Shown here one piece after another: positions 57,066 to 64,000 of a DNA stretch of 64,000 bases. How positions within the stretch are numbered: position 1 is the stretch's first letter; every line of letters starts with the position of its first letter. A model generated the notes under the pieces. The model ran no database searches. It was not told where the DNA came from and was given only the letters and a program-made list of their open reading frames with translations. Position numbers and translations under genes: made by a program. This stretch comes from a candidate division FCPU426 bacterium (lineage in GTDB: Bacteria; Oederibacteriota; Muellerivitia; Muellerivitales; Muellerivitaceae), in assembly GCA_963771075.1 (NCBI GenBank), contig CAVYSE010000002.1, positions 14,714 to 78,713 on the forward strand, in the 5' to 3' direction.

Positions 57066-57485
57066 ATGAAACTCTGTATCCCCGTCCAGGAAGACAAAGG
57101 TCTTCAAAGCGAAGTGAATCCTCATTTTGGCTCTTCCAAATATTTTTTGGTGGTCGATACGGAGACCACGGCATGCCGTTCATTGGCTAACCAAGTCCAC
57201 GTACACGGGGAGTGCCGGCCGGTCCAGGCCCTTTCCGCCGAATCGATCGATGGAGTCGTGGTCGGGGGGATTGGGAAGGGCGCCTTGATGAAGCTCCGTG
57301 CTTCCGGAATCGAAGTCTATCTATCCGGGCATCACACCGTGGAAGAGGTAGTGGCGGCATCGAAGGTTCAAGGTCTCCAACCCGCAGTAGCGGAGGATTG
57401 TTGCGGTGGTCACGGTTCCGGCCACAATTGTTCATCTGTAGACCAGGCCCCAGGAAAAAACCTCGGGCCAAGAGGTATCTTTTAA
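57066..57485 (+). CDS. NifB/NifX-family (dinitrogenase FeMo-cofactor-binding fold) protein
   Basis: MKLCIPVQEDKGLQSEVNPHFGSSKYFLVVD...GVVVGGIGKGA. This family commonly partners with DUF134. Confidence 0.55.
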   Translation: MKLCIPVQEDKGLQSEVNPHFGSSKYFLVVDTETTACRSLANQVHVHGECRPVQALSAESIDGVVVGGIGKGALMKLRASGIEVYLSGHHTVEEVVAASKVQGLQPAVAEDCCGGHGSGHNCSSVDQAPGKNLGPRGIF

Positions 57486-57545
57486 GTCAACGGCTCCCTA
57501 CGGATGCAGTGTCCAATATAAAGATCACTGAATGAAAACACGGTT

Positions 57546-57929
57546 TCAGAGTCCCTTCACATGGAATCCCTTCAAAGCGCCCAGAACGATCCAGAGACCC
57601 ACCAGGGTGACGAAGATTCCGAAGGACATCTTGAGCCAGACTTCGGAAAGATGATGGACCTCGAAAGCCCCGAGCCAGGCGCCCAGAACGAGCCCCAGGG
57701 CGATTAAAACCCCGGCCCTCAGGTCTACATTGCCATGGCGGTAATATTCGATCACCGCGAGTAGCCCCACGGGAGGAAGCAGGACCGCCAGGCTGGTTCC
57801 CGTGGCCCTTTCCTGTGTGAAGCCCGCCAAGAAGGTGAGTGCGGGAACAATCAGGATTCCCCCGCCGACCCCAAAAAAACCCGCCGCCAACCCCGCAACC
57901 AGCCCGATCCCCAAAAATAATAAAATCAT
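57546..57929 (-). CDS. TauE/SafE-family half-size permease (4 TM helices)
   Basis: GFFGVGGGILIVPAL motif. Start assigned to the internal Met (MILLFLG). Confidence 0.5.
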   Translation of the reverse strand: MILLFLGIGLVAGLAAGFFGVGGGILIVPALTFLAGFTQERATGTSLAVLLPPVGLLAVIEYYRHGNVDLRAGVLIALGLVLGAWLGAFEVHHLSEVWLKMSFGIFVTLVGLWIVLGALKGFHVKGL

Positions 57930-57963
57930 CTTCGACTCCCTTCCCCGGCGGTCCATTGGATCC

Positions 57964-58158
57964 CTATTTTTTCTCGGCGGCACAGGTGCTGAACCCGAAC
58001 AGGGCGTAGGGCAGGCACCACCCGAACAAGCCTGTTGCCAGGGGAACCAGGCCCAACAAAAACCACAAATTCGCCGGACCCCAAAAAGCCAAACTGGTCA
58101 AAACCAACCCTACCACAACTCTTACGGTCCTCTCGACTGGATGAATATTCTTTTTCAT
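57964..58158 (-). CDS. DUF2892 (YgaP-like) inner-membrane protein
   Basis: ERTVRVVVGLVL...GWCLPYALFGFSTC pattern, two TM helices. Confidence 0.5.
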   Translation of the reverse strand: MKKNIHPVERTVRVVVGLVLTSLAFWGPANLWFLLGLVPLATGLFGWCLPYALFGFSTCAAEKK

Positions 58159-58175
58159 GACAACCTCCCCTTCTT

Positions 58176-58376
58176 TTAAACAGATTTATTTTCTATCTTC
58201 CTGAACAACATTTCCAAAGGGCAAAATCCCGTAAAAGCAGATTGCAACAAGTTCAATCCTACGAAAAGCGTGAAAAACAGCCAGTTGTGCGAATGAAACT
58301 GGTAAAGCAAGAGGCTTAGGAGGATGAACCCACCTGCAAAAGCCCTAACCAGTGAATCAATTGTCATCCTTTTCAT
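58176..58376 (-). CDS. DUF2892 (YgaP-like) inner-membrane protein, second copy
   Basis: [16 protein letters not shown]...[10 protein letters not shown] pattern. Confidence 0.5.
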   Translation of the reverse strand: MKRMTIDSLVRAFAGGFILLSLLLYQFHSHNWLFFTLFVGLNLLQSAFTGFCPLEMLFRKIENKSV

Positions 58377-61300
58377 TCCGCCATCTCCTTATGGTCATTG
58401 ATGTACTTTTCACGCGCTGGCCCGATGAACCAATAATAAAGTACCGGAACCGCCAGCGGGCTCAACAGCGTGGCCGCCACCTCCCCGAAGATCAGGCTCA
58501 AGGCCAGGCCATGGAAGATGGGGTCCATCAGCATGACCGAACTGCCCACCACCACCGCCTCGGCCGTCAACAACATGGGGCGAAACCGCAACACGCCCGC
58601 GCTCATGACAGCTTCCTTCAGGGGAACGCCCCGTCGCAACTGACGCTCGGTAAAATCCACCAAAATGATCGAGTTGCGCACGATGATGCCCGCCCCCGCG
58701 ATGAACCCAATCATGGAGGTGGCCGTGAAATAGGACCCTGTCAACCAATGGCCCGGCAGGATGCCGATCAGGCTCAAGGGAATGGGCGCCATGATGATCA
58801 GGGGCACGGCGTAACTGCGGAACCACCCCAGGACCAACACATAAATGAGGAGCACTACTACCCCGTAGGCGCCCCCCAGGTCGCGAAAAACTTCGTAAGT
58901 GATGAACCATTCGCCGTCCCACTTGACCACCGGTTTCTGGGTATCCCAGGGCACCTCGGCGGTTTGTTGTTCATATTGGATTTTCGGTGAAAGCTTCAGG
59001 ATGTCGTAAACCGGCGCCTCGTCCTTGCCCGCCAGCTCGCTCATGACATAGGCCACGGGTTTGAGGTTCTTGCGGTAGAGCGTTTGATCCTCCACGGTCA
59101 CGGGCTTCTGGATCGCGTTTTCCAAACTGGCCGTACCGGAGACGTAAGACCCCATCATTTGGTCCCTGAATGGGTTGGACCCGGACCGGACCGCCTGGTC
59201 CACTGACAGATCCACGTTCACGTCCTCCGGACTGGAAGCATCGTTGAGAGTCCCGATGGAAGTTTCAGAAAATAGCAGCCTTCCCGCCGACATGACCTGC
59301 GCGGCGTTTAGCCCAAGCTGCCCCCCCTTGATCTGGTCGAAGCCGTAGATGATGCGGGGGCGGCCCAATCTCCATGTGCTATCCAGGTCCACCACGCTTT
59401 CCTCGGAGGCAAAGTCCCGGTAAACCTCCTCGGCCACATGGCGGCGCGTTGAGGCGTCGGGCCCATAGATCTCGGCCATCATCGTGGCCAAGACAGGCGG
59501 CCCTGGCGGGATCTCAATAACCTTGGTTACGGCTCCCTTCAACTGACCGAAACGCAGGATCACCGGGCGCAGGGCCTGGATGATATCGTGGCTGGATTGT
59601 TTTCTTTCCCCCTTATCCGTCAACACGATCTGCAAATCAGACTGGTAATCACTACCCCTTAAAAAGGTGTGTTTCACCATGCCGGAAAAGGAATAGGGAG
59701 CGGCCTCGCCCGTGAAAACCTGGATTCTCTTCACGTTGGGGTCCTTCAACATTTGGGAGGCCAGTTCCCCGGACCAGGACAGGCTCTGCTTCAGGGGGGT
59801 GGTGGACGGGTAATCCAGCAGAACCTGGAACTCGTTCTTGTTGTCGAAAGGAAGCATCTTGACCCGCACCGCCTTGAAGGCGAAGAGGCTGCAGGATGCC
59901 AGCAACAAAACAACGACCCCGATCCCCAGACCCCAGGCCGCCTTTTTGTCGGTCAGGAGCTTGTTCATGGTGGCCTGGTAAAGGTTTTTCAGCGGGATGG
60001 CCTTGGCCTTTTCCTTCCCGTGTTCCTTCCCGTAGTTTTTCAAGAGCCGCACCGAGGCCCAGGGGGTCACGATGAAAGCCACCAGCAGGGAAAACAGCAT
60101 GGCCATGCTTGCCCCGACGGGGATGGGTTTCATGTAGGGGCCCATCAGGCCCCGCACGAAGGCCATGGGCAGGATGGCCGCGATGACCGTGAAGGTGGCC
60201 AGGATGGTGGGGTTGCCCACTTCCGCCACGGCCTCCAGGGTGGCCTTTAAAACCCCCTTCTTGGGGTCGGTCTGGAGGTAACGCTCGATGTTTTCCACCA
60301 CCACGATGGCGTCATCCACCAGGATACCGATGGAAAAGATCAGGGCGAAGAGGGTGACCCGGTTCAGGGTGTAGCCCATGAAATAGTAGACCGCCAGGGT
60401 CAGGGCCAGGGTCACGGGGATGGCGGTGGCCACCACCAGGGCGGAGCGCCCTCCCATCACGAGCGCGATGAGCACGCAAACCGACAGGGTGGCCAAAATC
60501 AAGTGCTCGATCAGCTCCTTGGATTTCTCACCGGCGGTGGCGCCGTAATCCCTCATGACCGACAGGGTGACGTCGGGGGGAAGCTGGGCGGAAAAGGTCT
60601 TGGCCCTCTGGAGCAGTTGGGATGAAAGTTCCACCACGTTGGTGCCCTTGCGCTTGGCGAAAACGATGGAAACGGCGGTTTCCGGATCGGCGCCCTTGTC
60701 CTTGTCCAACAGTACCGAGGCCCGGACCCTTTCCTCGGGACCATCCACCACCCGGGCGATATCACGGATGCGCACCTGGGCGCCGCCCCTTTGGCCCACG
60801 GGGATGGTCTCGATGGCCTGGGCGGAAGTAATCCGGGCCCCCACCTCCACGTCAAAGACCTGGGTGTCGCCCCAGGTTTTCCCCGCGGGGGCGTAGGCGT
60901 CGTTGGCCCTCAGGGCCTGGGCCACGTCAGGGAGTGAGACCCCATGTTCGGCCAGGCGTTTGGGGTCCACGATGACCCGAATGGCCCTTTTCTGGCCGCC
61001 CAGAAGATCCACCCTTGATAGGTCGGGAGTACTGGACAGTTCCCTGGCCAGGGGCGCCACCAGCGTACGGAGGGCGTAGTCATCCCGGCTCTTGGAACTG
61101 AAAGTGAGGGTCAAGAAGGGCACATCGTCGATGGAATAGGACTTCACCATCGGGGCCGAGGTGTTCTCGGGCAATTGCTGCCGAATGGACATGAGCTTGT
61201 GGTGCACTTTCACCAGACTGGGTTCCATGGGCTCGCCCACCTTGAAGCGCACCGTCACCAGCGACCCGTGGGCCCGGCTGGCGGAATACACGTATTCCAC

Positions 61301-61549
61301 CCCGTCCAACCCCCAGACCGCCCGTTCAATAGGTTCGGTGACTTTGCGTTCTACCTCATCCGCCTCAAAACCCGGCGCGGCCACCTGGATGTCGATCATG
61401 GGGACGGAGATCTGCGGCTCTTCTTCCTTGGGTGTCAGCCAAACGGCCAGAACGCCCAGCACGATACTCATGACCGCGATGACGGGCGTGAGCTTGGAAT
61501 GGACGAAGGTCTCGGCCAGATTTCCCGCGAAACCCTTATTGGTTGTCAT
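58373..61549 (-). CDS. RND efflux transporter permease subunit (AcrB/CzcA superfamily)
   Basis: 1059 aa, 12-TM topology with two large periplasmic loops. Start assigned to the internal Met ([15 protein letters not shown]...). Confidence 0.85.
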   Translation of the reverse strand: MTTNKGFAGNLAETFVHSKLTPVIAVMSIVLGVLAVWLTPKEEEPQISVPMIDIQVAAPGFEADEVERKVTEPIERAVWGLDGVEYVYSASRAHGSLVTVRFKVGEPMEPSLVKVHHKLMSIRQQLPENTSAPMVKSYSIDDVPFLTLTFSSKSRDDYALRTLVAPLARELSSTPDLSRVDLLGGQKRAIRVIVDPKRLAEHGVSLPDVAQALRANDAYAPAGKTWGDTQVFDVEVGARITSAQAIETIPVGQRGGAQVRIRDIARVVDGPEERVRASVLLDKDKGADPETAVSIVFAKRKGTNVVELSSQLLQRAKTFSAQLPPDVTLSVMRDYGATAGEKSKELIEHLILATLSVCVLIALVMGGRSALVVATAIPVTLALTLAVYYFMGYTLNRVTLFALIFSIGILVDDAIVVVENIERYLQTDPKKGVLKATLEAVAEVGNPTILATFTVIAAILPMAFVRGLMGPYMKPIPVGASMAMLFSLLVAFIVTPWASVRLLKNYGKEHGKEKAKAIPLKNLYQATMNKLLTDKKAAWGLGIGVVVLLLASCSLFAFKAVRVKMLPFDNKNEFQVLLDYPSTTPLKQSLSWSGELASQMLKDPNVKRIQVFTGEAAPYSFSGMVKHTFLRGSDYQSDLQIVLTDKGERKQSSHDIIQALRPVILRFGQLKGAVTKVIEIPPGPPVLATMMAEIYGPDASTRRHVAEEVYRDFASEESVVDLDSTWRLGRPRIIYGFDQIKGGQLGLNAAQVMSAGRLLFSETSIGTLNDASSPEDVNVDLSVDQAVRSGSNPFRDQMMGSYVSGTASLENAIQKPVTVEDQTLYRKNLKPVAYVMSELAGKDEAPVYDILKLSPKIQYEQQTAEVPWDTQKPVVKWDGEWFITYEVFRDLGGAYGVVVLLIYVLVLGWFRSYAVPLIIMAPIPLSLIGILPGHWLTGSYFTATSMIGFIAGAGIIVRNSIILVDFTERQLRRGVPLKEAVMSAGVLRFRPMLLTAEAVVVGSSVMLMDPIFHGLALSLIFGEVAATLLSPLAVPVLYYWFIGPAREKYINDHKEMAE

Positions 61550-62873
61550 GGATAGACTCCTCAAATCCGGAATTGACGGAAAGGGAAATATGGGCTTGCA
61601 CCAGGTCCATCTCAGCCTGAGCCCGGTTGGTGATGAGGTCGGCGCGGCGGGCCAGCACTTCAACCAGTTGCAGGGCGTTGATGGAGCCGTTTTTGAAAAG
61701 GTTCCTGGCCGTTTCGGTTTGCTCTTCCAATAGTTTCGAGCTGTCATCCATCAGGTCGAGATTGGCTTTGATTGCACCCAGGCTTTCCTGTGCCTGCACT
61801 TGGTCCATCCGGGCCATTTGTTGGAGGGTTTCCGCATGGGCCTGGGCGGCTTTGGCTGAATCCTCCGCCTCCTCCCCCGCCCCGAAATTGGGCAGATCCA
61901 GCAGGTCCCACTGCAGGTAGGCCCCCGCCGTATAACCGGTGGCCGAGGACCGGTCGCCCCCGTTCAGGTATCCCTCCCCAAACAAGGCCACCTTGGGAAG
62001 AAGCAATGCGTTCTGGGCTCCCCGCATTTTCTCAACCGATTCCGCCCCCCTCTGGGCGGCCCGCACGAAGGCCGGGTCCTGGGGCTGGGCGGGCAAGGGC
62101 AAAACCAGTTCCAGGAAATCCTTGGCCCGGCCCGGGGTGGGGGACCAATCGCCTGTCAAGGTCGTGGCCTGGATCTGGATTTGGCTTTTCAGCGTCACCT
62201 GTTGGGCATGGGCCTGCGCTTGCAGGCCCGTGAGACGGTTGGCGAGGGTTTTCAGCCCCAGGAGGCCCGAGTAGCCCACGGGGTTGGATTTGGAACCGAT
62301 GCTGTAGTTTTTCAGGATGTCCTCGACCCGGGCGCCCAGCTTGCCGAGATTTTCCAGCTCATCGGAGAGAACCAGCAGGGAGGCGTAAGTACCGGCCAGC
62401 TGGCCGTATTGCCCGGTGGCGACCGCCTGCATTTCCATTTCCTTGGCTTCCCGGCCCTTCCGGGCCGACTCGGCCAGGGCTACCTTGGCCCCTCCCTCGA
62501 AAAGGGGAAAGTCCAATCCCAGGGTTCCACGCTCGTAAAAACTGTCCTGGGGCTCGTTGAGGGAAGAGGCTGCGAAATCGGAAGGCCCGATCTGGCGCTC
62601 CTCCAGGACCGACATAAAGGACAGGGCCGGGTCGTTGGTCTCGAAGGCCCGGGCGTCCGCGTAAAGCCGGGGATACCAGTGCTCCCCCGCCCGATCCTCG
62701 CCGATCTTGGCGGCCTTGAGTTCGTAGCCCGCCGCCTGGATCGAGGGCGAGTTTTGTTGGACCAGGTTCCATATTTCGGCGAAGGCCAGGGTTTTGCCCG
62801 GCGTTTGCGCCATGGCACCCCAAGGAATGAACAGCATCAGCGCCGCCACAAGAAAGGATTTTTTCACACGCAC
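61536..62873 (-). CDS. TolC-family outer-membrane efflux protein
   Basis: Signal peptide MRVKKSFLVAALMLFIPWGAMA, 445 aa, with the alpha-helical coiled-coil and beta-strand repeat pattern of the OMF family. Confidence 0.75.
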   Translation of the reverse strand: MRVKKSFLVAALMLFIPWGAMAQTPGKTLAFAEIWNLVQQNSPSIQAAGYELKAAKIGEDRAGEHWYPRLYADARAFETNDPALSFMSVLEERQIGPSDFAASSLNEPQDSFYERGTLGLDFPLFEGGAKVALAESARKGREAKEMEMQAVATGQYGQLAGTYASLLVLSDELENLGKLGARVEDILKNYSIGSKSNPVGYSGLLGLKTLANRLTGLQAQAHAQQVTLKSQIQIQATTLTGDWSPTPGRAKDFLELVLPLPAQPQDPAFVRAAQRGAESVEKMRGAQNALLLPKVALFGEGYLNGGDRSSATGYTAGAYLQWDLLDLPNFGAGEEAEDSAKAAQAHAETLQQMARMDQVQAQESLGAIKANLDLMDDSSKLLEEQTETARNLFKNGSINALQLVEVLARRADLITNRAQAEMDLVQAHISLSVNSGFEESIHDNQ

Positions 62874-62901
62874 TCCCTACCGAATATGATTTCAGCCTGT
62901 C

Positions 62902-63228
62902 TCACTTGCCCGAGCCCACCAGGGCCGCTTTTAAGGTCTGGGGCGGGGTCAGCCCCACGAAGGTTTTCTTGGCTTTCCCCTTCTCGAACACCATGAGCGT
63001 GGGGATGCCGCGGATGCCGTATTGCTCGGCGATGTCCGGGTAGTCGTCGCTGTTGAGTTTGCCCACCACGGCCGATTCCCCCACCTCCCCGGCCAGCTGT
63101 TCCACCAGGGGCCCCTGCATCCGGCAGGGACCGCACCAGGGGGCCCAGAAATCCACCAGCACGGGCTTTTCGGCCTCCAGAACTTCCTTCTTCCAGTTTT
63201 GCGTCGTGAATTCCTTGACGTTCTTCAT
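62902..63228 (-). CDS. trxA: thioredoxin
   Basis: WAPWCGPCR active site. 109 aa from the internal Met (MKNVKEFT...). Confidence 0.85.
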   Translation of the reverse strand: MKNVKEFTTQNWKKEVLEAEKPVLVDFWAPWCGPCRMQGPLVEQLAGEVGESAVVGKLNSDDYPDIAEQYGIRGIPTLMVFEKGKAKKTFVGLTPPQTLKAALVGSGK

Positions 63229-63239
63229 GTATTCCTCCT

Positions 63240-63395
63240 TTAAGCGTGTGAGAAAAGGAACCCCATGGCTGCCCCGTAAAGGGTGCTGATCCAGGGATTG
63301 GCGGTGATGGGGCAGGCCCCGGTGGAACAGCCCACCAGCTTGTGGTAGCCGAAACCCAAAGCCGCGCCGACCGCGATTCCGATGATGATGCGCAT
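63240..63395 (-). CDS. small (51 aa) membrane protein with a GCSTGACP motif (DUF6132-like), absent from the ORF track because it is below 60 aa
   Basis: Translation: MRIIIGIAVGAALGFGYHKLVGCSTGACPITANPWISTLYGAAMGFLFSHA. Strong Shine-Dalgarno motif GGAGGT 7 nt upstream. Located between arsR and trxA. Confidence 0.5.
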   Translation of the reverse strand: MRIIIGIAVGAALGFGYHKLVGCSTGACPITANPWISTLYGAAMGFLFSHA

Positions 63396-63454
63396 TTTTA
63401 CCTCCAAAAGTATATTCTGATTTACTAATGTACTCGGTCAAAAAAAAAGACTTC

Positions 63455-63745
63455 TTATATCTCTTCCCCGCAGAAAACCTCTCTCATAAGTTCCATCAAT
63501 TTGATGAGTTTGGGATTCTGGATGGAGTAGTAGATCATGTTGCCTTCCCGCCTCGTCACGACCAGGTCCCTCGCCCTCATCTGGAACAAATGTTGTGAAA
63601 CGTTGGATTGGGTGGTGCCCAAAGCTTTCGTAAGTTCCTGCACGTTTTTTTCACCGTCTGCCAATAAACCCAAAATAGAAAGGCGGTGGGGATGGCCTAT
63701 GGCCTTGATGCAGTGAGCGGCTTTGTGAACTTGCGCGGTTTTCAT
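63455..63745 (-). CDS. ArsR/SmtB family transcriptional regulator
   Basis: LADGEKNVQELTKALGTTQSNVSQHLFQMRARDLVV (wHTH). Confidence 0.8.
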   Translation of the reverse strand: MKTAQVHKAAHCIKAIGHPHRLSILGLLADGEKNVQELTKALGTTQSNVSQHLFQMRARDLVVTRREGNMIYYSIQNPKLIKLMELMREVFCGEEI

Positions 63746-63807
63746 GTTTCAATCCTTATTAGCATATTTGATTATACTAATATTATGAATTAAGTCAAGC
63801 CTCCAAA

Positions 63808-63842
63808 CAAAAAAACCTCCGCTCGAAAAAATCGGACGGAGG
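63808..63842 (-). terminator. Rho-independent terminator on the minus strand (hairpin CCTCCG...CGGAGG followed by T7)
   Basis: 6-bp GC stem with an A/T-rich loop, then TTTTTTT on the minus strand. It would terminate a gene entering from beyond the window end. Confidence 0.4.
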
Positions 63843-64000
63843 CTTCTGAAATCCGCGCGGGACGATGTTTTAGCGACTTAACAACCAAAAACCGCGACCC
63901 TGCAAAAAGGAAAAAATGGAGCCCTTCGATAGCAAAGATCGCTCCTCAGGGCAAAAATGGAGCTGGGGACCGGGTACGATCCGGCGACCTGCTGTTTACG

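Noticed and set aside
63956-64000. tRNA- or tmRNA-like 3' end on the minus strand (acceptor CCCCAGC + T + CCA, followed downstream by a terminator)
   Set aside because: The putative T-loop (ATCGTAC) lacks the conserved T54/A58 positions. The feature is truncated by the window edge. It cannot be distinguished from the 3' end of an ordinary gene using the downstream terminator.

Overview
High-GC bacterial chromosomal segment; almost every gene is on the minus strand. In coordinate order it contains the following.

- **1–3.1 kb:** a decayed mobilisation module next to tRNA-Asp(GTC). It comprises a frameshifted replication-relaxation gene and a TraD/VirD4-like coupling ATPase. The tRNA has an encoded CCA and its own terminator.
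- **3.2–8.8 kb:** a giant surface protein of about 1,900 aa, split by an apparent frameshift. It carries ten tandem ~100-aa modules and an odd HicB-like N-terminus.
- **8.9–11.3 kb:** TPR pseudogene fragments, an IS30-family insertion sequence, and a low-GC gene encoding an Mrr-catalytic-domain fusion protein.
- **11.4–31.1 kb:** a housekeeping block.
  - mutS.
  - A miaB ORF that reads through into a TM + TPR + SPOR-domain protein.
  - A sensory adenylate cyclase broken at a C6 homopolymer.
  - scpB, scpA, trpS, a site-2 protease, cca, yraN and rnhB.
  - A large beta-propeller lipoprotein inserted between rplS and rnhB.
  - rplS, trmD, rimM, a KH protein and rpsP.
- **31–38 kb:**
  - A DJ-1/PfpI gene flanked by GACTGC heptamer repeats.
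  - A Y1 (HuH) transposase element with 27-bp inverted repeats.
  - A putative sRNA with tandem terminators.
  - fabF.
  - A PP-loop ATPase.
- **38–53.7 kb, the accessory centrepiece:** an integron-like cassette array.
  - Eleven copies of a ~28-bp palindrome (TGTYCACGATGGGTCCCCGTCGTGGACA) each sit just 3' of a co-oriented gene or gene pair.
  - Cassette contents are four type II toxin-antitoxin pairs, small membrane proteins, secreted proteins, a GH12 hydrolase, a flotillin and a Sel1-repeat protein.
  - Two copies of a group IIC-like intron, one with its RT/maturase gene and one lacking the ORF, are inserted exactly 2–3 nt after two of the palindromes.
  - No integron integrase is visible in the window.
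- **53.8–64 kb:** a sulfur/redox cluster.
  - A CoA-disulfide reductase–rhodanese fusion, a rhodanese, a SAM methyltransferase, DUF134 and NifB-like proteins, a TauE half-transporter and two DUF2892 proteins.
  - An RND pump with TolC but no adaptor.
  - A tiny CxxxC membrane ORF, thioredoxin and ArsR.
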